Positions 1 through 10,900 of a stretch of DNA of 64,000 bases are shown here, piece after piece (positions within the stretch are counted from its first letter, which is position 1; every line of letters starts with the position of its first letter). Both the position numbers and the translations under genes were made by a program. Below the pieces are notes generated by a model. It was not told where the DNA came from. It saw only the letters and a list, made by a program, of their open reading frames with translations, and searched no databases. Origin of the DNA: Kiritimatiellia bacterium (GTDB lineage Bacteria > Verrucomicrobiota > Kiritimatiellia > RFP12 > JBMNHG01). The stretch is taken from contig JBMNHG010000008.1 in the NCBI GenBank assembly GCA_050950285.1, forward strand, positions 124,001 through 188,000, read 5' to 3'.

Positions 1-77
1 ATGTAAGGACAGCCCCCGGGTGGGGGTCTCCGTCCGGAACGTGGAAATCAAAGGAAAGAGAAGCAAGGAGTTCTGAA

Positions 78-344
78 ATGAGCGATAACCTGAAAGCGGG
101 CGAGAATCTGGAAGAGCGTGTGAAGGCGATCATCGTCGAGCACCTCCATGTCAATGCCGACCAGGTTGTTCCCGAAGCTTCGTTTATCGACGACCTCTCC
201 GCCGACTCGCTTGACACCGTCGAGCTGATCATGGCTTTCGAGGAGGAGTTTGGCTCCGAGATTCCGGACGAGGACGCCGAGAAGATGAAGACCGTCGGCG
301 CCGTGATCGACTACCTCAAAGGCAAGGGTTTCGACGAGGCCTGA
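78..344 (+). CDS. acpP: Acyl carrier protein
   Basis: 88 aa acidic protein with [21 protein letters not shown] phosphopantetheine-site motif; AAGGAG RBS upstream; next to fabF. Confidence 0.97.
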   Translation: MSDNLKAGENLEERVKAIIVEHLHVNADQVVPEASFIDDLSADSLDTVELIMAFEEEFGSEIPDEDAEKMKTVGAVIDYLKGKGFDEA

Positions 345-550
345 CGGATCTTCGGCATCCATGATCGGAGGAAGCAAGGGGCTTCTTCCCCCTCCGCCCG
401 GCGCAACGTTGTTCGCCGGGCGCGGGTCTTTCCGCAACCGTGGACTTCTGCAGGGAGAATGCATTCGGATCTGTTGCAGGACGCGCCCCGTTTGAGCCAA
501 GGGTGGAATTCCCCGGCTTCCTGTCGCCCGGATCCGATGAAGGAGTGAGT

Positions 551-1792
551 ATGGAACGCGTCGTCATTACCGGACTGGGCGTGGTGTCGCCACTTGGCTG
601 CTCCCTGGACACGTTCTGGGGGCGGCTCGTCGCGGGGGAATCCGGCATCGGCCGCATCACGCGCTTCGACATCTCCGGCTACTCCGTGGATATCGCGGCC
701 GAGGTCCGCGACTTCGACGCCGACGCGTTCATCGATCCCAAGGAACAGCGGCGCATGGATCCCTTCTGCCGCTTCGCCGTGGCCGGGGCCAAGTTGGCCG
801 TCGCCGATTCCGGCATCGACTTCGATGCCTGCGACCGCGACCGGTGCGGCGTCTCCATCAGCTCGGGCGTGGGCGGCCTCGGCACGACCTACGAAGGGTC
901 GGTCCTCATCCACGAGAAGGGTCCCCGCCGGATTTCCCCGTTTACCGTGCCGATGGTGATCCCCAACATCGCCGCCGGCATGGTGGCCATCGACTTCCAT
1001 CTCACCGGTCCCAACTACTGCGTCGTCACGGCCTGCGCCAGCGCCGTCCACGCCATTGGCCTGGCCGCCCGTTCCATCCGGCACGGCGATGCGGACGTCA
1101 TGGTCGCCGGCGGCGCGGAAGCCCCCGTCAACCCTGTCTCCATCGCCTCTTTCGCCGCCATGAGGGCCCTCGCGGCCTGTCCCGCCGAAGACGATCCCCG
1201 CCAGGCCAGCCGCCCCTTCGACGCCAACCGTTGCGGCTTCGTCGCCGCCGAGGGCGCCGGCATCGTGGTCCTGGAGTCCGCCTCCCATGCCGCGAAGCGC
1301 GGCGCCCGCGTCTACGCCGAAGTCGCCGGCTTCGGGATGACCTGCGACGCCCACCACATCACCGCCCCGCGCGAGGACGGCGAAGGCGCCCGGCGGGCCA
1401 TGGTTCTCGCGATGGACGAGGCCGGCCTGAACCCGTCGGACATCGACTACATCAACGCCCACGGCACCTCCACCGTGATGAACGACCGCAGCGAGACCCT
1501 CGCCATCAAGCGCGCGCTCGGCGAGACGGACGCCCGCCGCGTGGCCATCTCTTCCACGAAGTCGATGACCGGGCACCTTCTCGGCGCCGCCGGCGGATTG
1601 GAAACCGTGGTCTGCGCCCTCGCCATCCGCCATGGCGTGGTCCCCCCCACCATCAACTACACCACGCCGGACCCGGACTGCGACCTCGACTACGTGCCCA
1701 ACACGGCGCGCGAACTCCCCGTCAAGGCCTGCCTGAACAACTCCTTCGGCTTCGGCGGCCACAACGGCTGCCTCGCCCTCCGGGCCCTCTAG
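551..1792 (+). CDS. fabF: 3-oxoacyl-ACP synthase II
   Basis: RVVITGLG start, TACAS catalytic Cys, NAHGTST, TGHLLGAAG, NSFGFGGHN; ATG 551 follows AAGGAG (ORF-track start 440 is an extension). Confidence 0.96.
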   Translation: MERVVITGLGVVSPLGCSLDTFWGRLVAGESGIGRITRFDISGYSVDIAAEVRDFDADAFIDPKEQRRMDPFCRFAVAGAKLAVADSGIDFDACDRDRCGVSISSGVGGLGTTYEGSVLIHEKGPRRISPFTVPMVIPNIAAGMVAIDFHLTGPNYCVVTACASAVHAIGLAARSIRHGDADVMVAGGAEAPVNPVSIASFAAMRALAACPAEDDPRQASRPFDANRCGFVAAEGAGIVVLESASHAAKRGARVYAEVAGFGMTCDAHHITAPREDGEGARRAMVLAMDEAGLNPSDIDYINAHGTSTVMNDRSETLAIKRALGETDARRVAISSTKSMTGHLLGAAGGLETVVCALAIRHGVVPPTINYTTPDPDCDLDYVPNTARELPVKACLNNSFGFGGHNGCLALRAL

Positions 1793-1942
1793 GGCCGAAA
1801 GCGGCACGCCGCGAAAATCTCTTCCCCCTCCCTTCCCGCAGGTTCCCTTGCGTTCCGCAGGCAACCTTTTCGTCCTGTCGTCTCTTTGCCGTGATCGGCA
1901 GCGGTTTCAGGTGCGCGGCCTGGCGCTGGGATGGGTTGCGGC

Positions 1943-3880
1943 TTACGTCGATTCCGGGAGGGCGAAGGGGAGGAGGACGGCGACGGATTCCTCCACCGAG
2001 AGGGTGGTGGTATCGAGGACGAGATCGGGGGCTTCCGGGACTTCGTAGGGGGCGTCGATGCCGGTGAAGCCGGGGATTTCGCCCCGGCGCGCCTTGCGGT
2101 AGAGCCCCTTCGGATCGCGGGCTTCGCAGACGGCGAGCGGGGTGTCCACGAAGACCTCCATGAAGCGGTCGGCGCCGATGATGTCGCGCGCGGCGGCGCG
2201 GTCGGCGGCGGCGGGCGAAAGGAAGGCGGTAATCACGAGGATGCCGGCGTCGTTGAAGAGCGCGGCCACTTCGGCGGCGCGCCGCAGGTTCTCGTGGCGG
2301 TCGGCGTCGCTGAAGCCGAGGTCGCGGTTGAGTCCATGGCGAAGGTTGTCGCCATCGAGCACCACGGCCATGCGGCCTTCGTCGAGAAGGCGCTTTTCGA
2401 GGGCCTGGGCGATGGTGGACTTCCCGGAGCCGCTGAGCCCGGTGAACCACAGGGTGGCGGGGCGGACGCGCGAGACGGCGGCGCGCCGTTCGGCCGGGAC
2501 GAGGCTGCGTTCGCGCCGGATGTTCGTGCTGGCGGGCCGGGGCGCGAGGGGCTTGGCGGCGCCCGGGGCCACGAGGCGCTGGATGACCATCGCGGCCCCG
2601 ACGGTGGCGTTGGTGACGGGGTCGATGAGGATCAGCGAGCCCGTGGCGCGGTTGTGCTCGTAGGTGTCCCAGAGCAGCGGGGTGAAGGTTTCCAGGGAGA
2701 TGCGGGCGATGTCGTTCAGGCCCACTTCGGCGGGCTGCTCGTGGCGGCTGAGCGTGTCGGGATCGACACGGTAGAACACGCGCGAGACGACGGCCCGGGT
2801 GAGGCGGGTGGTATGCTTGACCACATAGGGGACGCCGATCCGGAGCGGGGCGTCGGCCATCCAGACGAGCATGGCTTCGAGGTTGCAGGAGACATGCGGC
2901 ACGTTGTTCGGGTGGCAGATCAAATCGCCGCGGCTGACGTCGATTTCGTCTTCGAGGCAAAGGGTCACGGACTGTCCGGCGGCGGCGAAGGGGAGGGGGC
3001 CGTCGAAGGTTTCGATGGACTTCACGCGCGACCGGCGGTTCGAGGGGAGGACGGCGATGTCGTTGCCGGGGCGGACGATGCCGGAGGCGACGGTGCCGCA
3101 GAAGCCGCGGAAGTCCTGGTTGGGGCGGTTCACGAACTGCACGGGGAAGCGGAAGTCGATGAGGTTCCGGTCGCCGCCGATTTCGACGTTTTCGAGGATG
3201 TGGAGAAGCGGCGGGCCCTGGTACCACGGCATGTTCCCGGAGCGTTCGACCACGTTGTCGCCGCAGAGGGCGGAGATGGGGACGTAGACGACGTCCGGGA
3301 CGGAGAGTTTGGCGGAGAAGGCGGCGTAGTCGGCGCGGATGGATTCGAAGACCTGCTGCGACCAGCCCACGAGATCCATCTTGTTCACGGCCACGACCAC
3401 GTGGGGGATGCCGAGGAGGGAGGCGATGAAGCCATGGCGCTTCGACTGCGTGCAGACGCCGTGGCGGGCGTCGACGAGGATGATGGCGAGGTTGGCGGTG
3501 GAGGCGCCGGTGGCCATGTTGCGGGTGTACTGCACGTGGCCGGGGGTGTCGGCGATGATGAAGCGGCGTCGCGGGGTGGAGAAGTAGCGGTAGGCCACGT
3601 CGATGGTGATGCCCTGCTCGCGTTCGGCCTTGAGCCCGTCGGTGAGGAGGGCGAGGTCGAGGGCGTCGCGGTTGAGGCGCTTGGAGTCGGCCGTGGCGGC
3701 GGCGAGCTGGTCGTCGTAGAGGCCCTTGCAGTCGCGCAGGAGGCGGCCGATGAGGGTGGATTTGCCGTCGTCGACGCTGCCGGCGGTGGAGAAGCGCAGG
3801 AGGTCGGCGTCGCGGTTCGCGGCGAGCAGCGCGTCGAGGGCGGTCGGAGGCAGGTCGGAAGGGGGGTGGGGCGCGCGCAT
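1943..3880 (-). CDS. cysNC: Bifunctional sulfate adenylyltransferase GTPase subunit / APS kinase
   Basis: [39 protein letters not shown] GTPase motifs; C-terminal [31 protein letters not shown]-kinase motifs. Confidence 0.95.
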   Translation of the reverse strand: MRAPHPPSDLPPTALDALLAANRDADLLRFSTAGSVDDGKSTLIGRLLRDCKGLYDDQLAAATADSKRLNRDALDLALLTDGLKAEREQGITIDVAYRYFSTPRRRFIIADTPGHVQYTRNMATGASTANLAIILVDARHGVCTQSKRHGFIASLLGIPHVVVAVNKMDLVGWSQQVFESIRADYAAFSAKLSVPDVVYVPISALCGDNVVERSGNMPWYQGPPLLHILENVEIGGDRNLIDFRFPVQFVNRPNQDFRGFCGTVASGIVRPGNDIAVLPSNRRSRVKSIETFDGPLPFAAAGQSVTLCLEDEIDVSRGDLICHPNNVPHVSCNLEAMLVWMADAPLRIGVPYVVKHTTRLTRAVVSRVFYRVDPDTLSRHEQPAEVGLNDIARISLETFTPLLWDTYEHNRATGSLILIDPVTNATVGAAMVIQRLVAPGAAKPLAPRPASTNIRRERSLVPAERRAAVSRVRPATLWFTGLSGSGKSTIAQALEKRLLDEGRMAVVLDGDNLRHGLNRDLGFSDADRHENLRRAAEVAALFNDAGILVITAFLSPAAADRAAARDIIGADRFMEVFVDTPLAVCEARDPKGLYRKARRGEIPGFTGIDAPYEVPEAPDLVLDTTTLSVEESVAVLLPFALPEST

Positions 3881-3897
3881 GGGGGGAGTCCGTTCGC

Positions 3898-5142
3898 CTA
3901 GAGGCTCTGGAGGGTGTTGCGGTAGAGGGAAGGTGGGGCTTCTTCGTCGGGGACGTCGGCTTCGAGCATGGCCTGGCGGCCGATGTTCAGCAGGATGGCG
4001 ACGGCGAACCAGGAGGCCACGAGGCTGGTGCCGCCGTAGCTGATGAAGGGGAGGGCCATGCCTTTGTTGGGGAGGCACATGGTGTTGACGCCCAGGTTCA
4101 CGCCGGCCTGGGCGACGAGCATCACGGTGAGGCCGACGGCCATGAGGCGGCCGAACTTGTCGGTCGCCGCGAGGGCGATGCGCATCCCGCAGAAGAGGAT
4201 GCCGCAGAAGAGGAGGACCACGCCCAGGGTGGCCACCAGCCCGAGTTCTTCCGCGGCGATGGCGATGATGCTGTCGGTGTGGGCTTCGGGGAGGTGTCCG
4301 TACTCCTGGAGGCTGTTCCAGAGGCCCTTCCCCCAGAGGCCGCCGCTCCGGAAGGAGGCCAGCGCCTGCAGCTGCTGGTAGGACTCCGCCGGATAGTGTT
4401 CGGGGTAGAGGAAGCCGACGATGCGCCCGCGGTGGACGGGGTCGAACCAGATGAGCAGGGAGAGGATCACGACGCCTCCGGCCACGAAGGGGAGGACGAA
4501 CTTGGGGGGGGTGCCCGCGACCAGGACGAGCGTGGCGAAGAGCACGCAGATGAGGACGGCGGCGCCGTAGTCGGGCTCGAGAAGGAGGGTGCCCGCGACA
4601 CATCCGGTCCATACCCCCACGACGAGGAAGTTCGAGAAGCGGCGAAGCTCGCGGCGCCCCAGCGGGTCGTACCAGGCGGCCAGCACGTAGATGAAGGCGA
4701 TCTTCGCGAGTTCCGACGGCTGGACGTTGATCGGGCCGACGGGGATCCAGCGGTAGCTGCCGTTCACCTCTTTCCCGATCCCCGGGACGAGCACCAGGCA
4801 GAGCGCGACCAGCGTTGCCAGCGCGATCAGGAGGATCCACCCGCGCTTGCGGAACTTCCGGTAGTCCACGCCGAAGAAGACGAGGGGGAGCATGACGCCG
4901 ATGGAGAAGGCGGCGGTGGCGGCCTGAAGCCCCAGGAAGTGGTAGGGGCGCTCCGGGTCGGCCCGCGCGATCCCCACGCTGCTGAGCACGATCAGCCCCA
5001 GCATGGTCGCCAGCAGGGCGCAGATCCCCAGCATGGCGATGGCGCTCCGAAGCGGGAAGGATTCCACGATCGCGTCCGGGAGCGTCCGGGAGGAACGGCG
5101 GGCGCGTCGGCGCACGGGGAGGGCTCGGGAGCCTGGCGGCAT
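3898..5142 (-). CDS. ftsW: SEDS-family peptidoglycan glycosyltransferase FtsW
   Basis: Multi-[43 protein letters not shown] motifs; downstream of murD; start uncertain. Confidence 0.88.
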   Translation of the reverse strand: MPPGSRALPVRRRARRSSRTLPDAIVESFPLRSAIAMLGICALLATMLGLIVLSSVGIARADPERPYHFLGLQAATAAFSIGVMLPLVFFGVDYRKFRKRGWILLIALATLVALCLVLVPGIGKEVNGSYRWIPVGPINVQPSELAKIAFIYVLAAWYDPLGRRELRRFSNFLVVGVWTGCVAGTLLLEPDYGAAVLICVLFATLVLVAGTPPKFVLPFVAGGVVILSLLIWFDPVHRGRIVGFLYPEHYPAESYQQLQALASFRSGGLWGKGLWNSLQEYGHLPEAHTDSIIAIAAEELGLVATLGVVLLFCGILFCGMRIALAATDKFGRLMAVGLTVMLVAQAGVNLGVNTMCLPNKGMALPFISYGGTSLVASWFAVAILLNIGRQAMLEADVPDEEAPPSLYRNTLQSL

Positions 5143-5154
5143 GGGCGGGGTTCC

Positions 5155-5192
5155 AAAAAAACGGCAGACGGCCCGGGCCCGGGCCGTCTGCC
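5155..5192 (-). terminator. Intrinsic terminator after the LysM gene
   Basis: Perfect 30-bp palindrome GGCAGACGGCCCGGG/CCCGGGCCGTCTGCC (5163-5192) followed on the minus strand by a run of T. Confidence 0.7.
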
Positions 5193-5221
5193 TTGCGAAG
5201 AGAAGGGAGATTCCGGGGGGG

Positions 5222-6286
5222 CTACTTCGCCCCGGGGATCCGGAGGACGGTTCCCGGGGCCAGTTTTGTCCCCGTGAGGTTGTTGAGCGCCTTGACTTCG
5301 CTGGGGCTGACGCCCCACCGGATCGCGAGGCTATAGACATCCTCGCCTTCCTTCACCGTGTAGTGGGCGCCGCCGTTTGGGGCGGAGGGGGCGGGATTCG
5401 CCGCGGGGACCGGCGGGGGCGGCGGCGCCACGGCCGGGTCGGCGGGGGCGGGCGCGTCGGGCGGCAGGGGCTCCACGGTTGCGCCGGGCTCGGGCGCGGC
5501 TGCCGGCTCCATCGGGTCTGCGGGGATCGCCGACGGCAGCGGCGGAGGAGGAGGCGCCACGGCCGAGCCGTCGGCGGGCGCCGGCGGCGCCACGGTCGTC
5601 TTCCCCGGCTCCGTCTTGTCCTTGGGGGGGGCCTTTTCCGCCGGTTTCGCGCCCTTGCCGGGGATCGTGAGCCGCTGGCCAACGAGGATCTTGTCGCTGG
5701 TCAGGCCATTCGCGGCCTTGAGGTCGGAGACCTTCACGCCGTGCTGGCGCGCGATGCGCCCGAGGATGTCGCCCTTCTTCACGATGTACGTGCCGGGCCC
5801 GGCGGTTTCGTCCTTCGGCGCGCCCGACGGGCGGCTCGATGCGGGGAGGACGATGACCTGGCCCACACGGATCCGGTTCGCGTCGAGGCCGGGGTTCACG
5901 GCCAGGATGTCGGAGACCTTCACGCCATGCTGCTGCGCGATGCGCCCGAGGATGTCGCCCTTCTTCACCGTGTAGCGGGCCTCTTTCCCCGATGCCGCCG
6001 GGGCGTGCCGCTTCGCGGCGGCGGCCTTCCCCTCGGCGGTCAGATAGTAGGGGACGGGCTTCGCGGTGTCGGCACTCGGCTGGGCGTACTGCGCCGTGAC
6101 GGGCTCGGCATCGAAGATGGGCGGTGTCGGCCGGACGCTGCTGTCGGAAAAGGAGGCTGTCTCGCCCGGGGCGGCTCCCGAGCCCGCGAAATCACGGTTG
6201 TGGATCGTGCGGCAACCGGTCAGGCACAGGCCTGCGGCGACAACGGCGGCCATCGTCATGCCCGCCCGGATGGGAACCTTGCTCAT
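5222..6286 (-). CDS. LysM-domain lipoprotein (3 LysM domains, Pro-rich linker)
   Basis: Lipobox LTGC; YTVKKGDILGRIA, YIVKKGDILGRIA and YTVKEGEDVYSLA LysM repeats; between murD and ftsW. Confidence 0.9.
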   Translation of the reverse strand: MSKVPIRAGMTMAAVVAAGLCLTGCRTIHNRDFAGSGAAPGETASFSDSSVRPTPPIFDAEPVTAQYAQPSADTAKPVPYYLTAEGKAAAAKRHAPAASGKEARYTVKKGDILGRIAQQHGVKVSDILAVNPGLDANRIRVGQVIVLPASSRPSGAPKDETAGPGTYIVKKGDILGRIARQHGVKVSDLKAANGLTSDKILVGQRLTIPGKGAKPAEKAPPKDKTEPGKTTVAPPAPADGSAVAPPPPPLPSAIPADPMEPAAAPEPGATVEPLPPDAPAPADPAVAPPPPPVPAANPAPSAPNGGAHYTVKEGEDVYSLAIRWGVSPSEVKALNNLTGTKLAPGTVLRIPGAK

Positions 6287-6319
6287 CTGCTTCTCCTTGT
6301 TGGTTTCTTCCGCCGGGCG

Positions 6320-7708
6320 TCAACCCTGCGGAAGCCGCGCGCGCACTTCCTCCGCGAAAGCGTCGCCACGCGCCTTGTAACTCGTGAATTGGTCGAAACT
6401 CGCACACCCGGGCGACAGCAAGACGGTTTCGCCCGCCGCCGCCTCCCGCATGGCCCTGTCCACCGCCGCGCCCATCGTGCCGCATTCGGCGCATTCGACG
6501 AAGGGGGACCAGGCTTCACGGATGGTTCCGGATGATTCGCCGATAAGATAAACCTTTTTCACCCGGTTTGTCAGCAATTCTTTTAGTCCGTCCAGGACGG
6601 ACTCCTTGAGCCGGCCCCCTGCGATGAGGCGGATCGGCCCCGCGACCATCCGGAGCGCCGCCTCCGTGGCCGCGAGGCTGGTCGCCTTGGAGTCGTCCAC
6701 GTAGCGTACGCCCTCATGCTCGGCGACCGGCTGCGTGCGATGCGGCAGCGGAACGAACGCCCGCAGCCCGGCGGCGATCCCTTCGGCCGACAATCCGCAG
6801 GCGCACAGCGCACCCGCCCCGGCGGCGGCGGCCAGCCCGAGCACCGGGTTGTCGAACCAGCTTCCGCCACACGCCACGCGCACGGGCGCGCCGTCCGTCG
6901 CCACCCCGTCGATGCGCCCCCCTTCGCCGCCCCGGCCTTCGACGTACCGCCATTGGGCCTCCGCGCCCGTTCCGAAACGCCACACCCGCACCCCGCCGGG
7001 GATCTCGCCGGGAGCGACCGCGAACCCCTCCGGCAGCAACGCCGTGTCCCCCTCGCCCATGCAGCGGAAAAGCCGCATCTTCAGTCCGCGGTACGCATCC
7101 ATCGTGCCGTGGCGGTCGAGATGGTCTGGCTGCAGGTTCAGCAGCACCGCCACGCGCGGCCGGAAGTCCTCCACCAGTTCCAGTTGGAAGGAACTCACCT
7201 CGTCCACCGCCCATGCGGGATCCGGACGATCCATCGCCAGCTCGCACAGCGGCGTGCCGTAGTTTCCGGCGGGTTCGGCCGATATCCCCGCGCCGGCCAG
7301 CGCCTCCGCGCACAGCTTCACCAGCGAACTCTTCCCCTTGCTGCCGGTGACGGCCAGGATGCGCCCCGGCCACACCGCGAACGCCAGCTCCTGCTCGCCC
7401 ACCACGCGCATGCCGCGGGCGCGGGCCTGCCTCACCCAGGGGTGGTCGCACGAAATCGACGGGCTCGCCACGCACAGCGCGAAATCGCCCTCGGGGAGGC
7501 CGTCGGGCGGCACGCCGCCGCGCACTTCCACCCCGAGCGCCGCCAGCCGTTCCGCCGCCGCCGCCGTCTTCTCCGCCGGCGCCTCGTCCGCCAGCGCCAC
7601 CCGCCACCCGTGCGCCCGCAACACGCGGCATGCCGCCACGCCGCTCGCGCCGGCGCCCAGCACCATCGCGGCCGCCCCGGGCCGCCCCGCCACTTCGTCC
7701 AACGTCAT
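6320..7708 (-). CDS. murD: UDP-N-acetylmuramoyl-L-alanine--D-glutamate ligase
   Basis: VLGAGASG, AVTGSKGKSS, EVSSFQLE, DHLDRH, DDSKAT, LLSPGCASFDQF motifs. Confidence 0.94.
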   Translation of the reverse strand: MTLDEVAGRPGAAAMVLGAGASGVAACRVLRAHGWRVALADEAPAEKTAAAAERLAALGVEVRGGVPPDGLPEGDFALCVASPSISCDHPWVRQARARGMRVVGEQELAFAVWPGRILAVTGSKGKSSLVKLCAEALAGAGISAEPAGNYGTPLCELAMDRPDPAWAVDEVSSFQLELVEDFRPRVAVLLNLQPDHLDRHGTMDAYRGLKMRLFRCMGEGDTALLPEGFAVAPGEIPGGVRVWRFGTGAEAQWRYVEGRGGEGGRIDGVATDGAPVRVACGGSWFDNPVLGLAAAAGAGALCACGLSAEGIAAGLRAFVPLPHRTQPVAEHEGVRYVDDSKATSLAATEAALRMVAGPIRLIAGGRLKESVLDGLKELLTNRVKKVYLIGESSGTIREAWSPFVECAECGTMGAAVDRAMREAAAGETVLLSPGCASFDQFTSYKARGDAFAEEVRARLPQG

Positions 7709-7772
7709 GCCCCAAGCGTAGCAAATCGCGCCCCCGCCGGAAAGGGCAGGCGGATTTTTCTTGTCATCTCGC

Positions 7773-7801
7773 TTGTCATGGAACGCATTATCCCGTAACA
7801 T
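7773..7801 (+). promoter_or_regulatory. Possible sigma70 promoter of the giant protein gene
   Basis: TTGTCA-17 bp-TAACAT in the AT-richer divergent intergenic region. Confidence 0.35.
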
Positions 7802-7909
7802 GGTAATGATTCGTTGCGGGGAGCCGACATGCGCACGGCGACGGTGTTTCCCCATCCTTTTGGTGTTTTGTTGATGCATGCGGCATCGGAGTCCATCGGA
7901 GGTGACATC

Positions 7910-10900
7910 ATGGTAAAGATTCGAACGAGGGTACGGCGGAGGGCGAGCGGCATCGCTTGTCTGGTTCTGGCGGCGTGGGCGGTCTCGGCTTCCGCAGGCG
8001 TCTCCCTTCTGGGGCTCGCGCAAGATCCGGCGGGAACAACGATTCCCAACGGCGTGCCGCTGTCCGTCTCCATCACTGCGGCACCCGACGCCGGCGAGTC
8101 CGTCGTATCGGTGGGGCTGGTCTACCGCACGCTTGCGGCCGGGGCTGCGCAGGGCTGGCACACCAACGCCATGGCCCTTGCCGAGGGGAGCACGTGGACG
8201 GGCGTCGTGCCGCGCCTCCCTGCGGGGAACGCCGAATACTTTGTGACCGCCGAGACGGATCTCGGGTCAACGGCGGCGACGGCGGCGACGCCGTTCACGG
8301 TGGACGGCGAGCTGGGCGAGGCCCGGTTTACCGACTTCACGGCGTGGGCGTCCATGCCGGACTCCGCATGGACGTACAAGGGAACGCGTGTCACCTACAC
8401 CAATTGGAATTGTTCGATTGCGGGCGGCACGGACCAGTGGCTCGCGATCGGCGCGAAAATCGCCTCGATCATCTCGGACTATCGGAAGCCGGATGGCCAC
8501 GAGTCGTCCCGTCTTTACCTCCGCAATATTTTGGGTGCGCAGTTGATCTCCCCTGTCCTGGAAGGGGGCGTTGGGACCATCTACTATACCTCTTGCATAC
8601 GCGATTTCGACGCATCGGGCAGCGTGGATATCCAGGTGACGACGAGCCCGACGGTGGAGAACGCCGTCTGGGAGACGGTGCATACCATCCTCTACACAGA
8701 CGGGCAGTATGCGGAGCCCGTCCCGGTGAACCGCGCCGACGTCCGTCGTGTCCGGATTTTCCGTACGGACGGGGAGACCGATCCGGGCGGGCAGACCACG
8801 GAATTGATTGTCGGCGCCATCGTGTTCGACAACGTGGCCCTCTCCTATCCGCCGGCGTCGCTCGGTGCCGTGCAGACTTCCGTGACGCCTCCGGAGCCGG
8901 ACATCACGACACCCGTGACGGTCGCGATCGATGTCGTGCCCGCGAACGGCGCCACGCCGGTGCTGGATCCCGCCGCGACCCTTTCCTACAAGCCGGCGGC
9001 CTCCACGAATTGGACGACTGCCGCCGCGACGATGGCGGGCGACCAGGGCACGGTGGCGCTCGGCCTTCTCGCCGAGGGCGTCTACGACTACTTCTTCACC
9101 GTTGCCTTCGACGGCGCCGCCTACGCGCGCGACCCGGATGGCGCCGCAGGCATCCAGCCGACGGTCGACGAGTCCCTTTCCCCGCAGACGACGGCCACCA
9201 ACCAGTTCACGGTCAACACCCAGAACACGCGCATCCTCGCACTGTCGGGCGACCTGGACTTCGGCATGGTGGCGACGAACGCTTCGCTGACGCTGGACCT
9301 GGTGCTCTCCAACACCGGAAACGCTTCGCTGACGGTGGAGGAGATTTCGCTTCCCGACGGCTACACGGCTGTTCCCATGGCCTTCGTCATCCCGCCGTCG
9401 GGCGTGGTGACGGCGAAGGTGACCTTTGCCCCCGCCATCATCCAGAACTACGACGGCACCCTCACGGCGGTGAGCGACATGACCGCCGGCAACGACACGG
9501 TTTCCCTTTTCGGCAATGGCCGCGAGGCGCAGGTGATCACGATCCAGCCTGTCACGGGGCCTGCTGCCGGCGTCCGCACCGAAGCCCTTTCCTTCTCCAC
9601 GCAGGCTGCGGACAACTACGACGGCACGCTTGAATATCGCTTCGACTGGGGCGACGCCTCGACCTCCGCATGGGCGGCCGCCTCCTCGCAGTCCCACGCC
9701 TGGGGGACTACCGGCACCTTCTCCGTCCGTGCGCAGGCGCGTTCCGGCGAGACCCTGCTGGAGTCCGCCTGGACGGCCGCACACTCGCTCTCCATCACCA
9801 ACACGCGCATTCTGAGGTTGTCGGGCGATTTGACGGGCTCCACGCTCGCCTTCGGGAACGTGCAGCTGACGAAATCCGCGACGAAGACGCTGCGTGTCTC
9901 CAACGATGGCACCGGCCCCATCGAGGTCACGGCCATCGCCGTTCCGGCCGCCTTCGCGGTCGATGTGCAGGCCTTCACGCTGCAGGCGGGCGGCAGCACC
10001 AACGTTTTGGTGACCTTCGCGCCGGCCGTGCTGGGCGAAGCGTCCGGCACGCTTGCCATCACCTCCGACGCCCTCTCCGGCGTTTCCGAATGCACGGTGG
10101 CGGGCACGGGCATCGAGACGGAATTCGTGTCGACGCCCGACGCGCCGGCAGGCCCTGATGGGGCCGTCCGCACGCGCTTCGTCGAGTTCACGGCTTATGC
10201 GACGAACCTGTACGGTCACACCGTGAGGTACCGCTTCGACTGGGGCGACGCGTCGACCTCCGAGTGGTCGCGCGCGGCCAGCCAGCAGCATCCGTGGGCC
10301 GAGACGGGCGAGTTCCATGTCCGTGCGCAGGCGCAATGCGAAGACCACCCCGAGGTGATCTCCGAGTGGTCGGCGCCCTCCACGATTTCCATCACGAACG
10401 TGATCACCTCCAGCGTGAGCGGCAGCCTTGCCTTTGGCAGCGTGGCCACGAACGCGACGAAGGTTCTGCCGCTCACCGTCTACAACACGGGCACCGCCCC
10501 GCTCACGGTCACTGCGGTGGATTGTCCCGTCGGCTACACGGCGACGCCTTCCGCATTTGTGTTGGGCGTGGGGTCGAACCAGGCGGTGACGGTCACCTTC
10601 GCGCCCGGCGCCCTGGGCGAGTACAACGGCGTGATCACGGTCTTCTCCGATGCGATGAACGGCAACGACACCGTGAACGTCACGGGCAAGGGCATCGAAG
10701 CGGAGATGATCTTCGGGATTGCCGTGACGGGTCCATCGGAGGGCATCCGCACGAAGACGGTCTCCTTCTTCAATGCCTCCGCGAGCAACAACTGGAGCCG
10801 TGTGATGCAGTATCGGTTCGACTGGGGCAACGGAGCGACGTCCGTCTGGGGTCAAGCCAGGACCTCGTATGCCTGGCAGGAGACCGGCGTGTTCCAGGTG

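Noticed and set aside
1..6. ATGTAA could be the end of an upstream fabG
   Set aside because: Only two codons visible; synteny guess only
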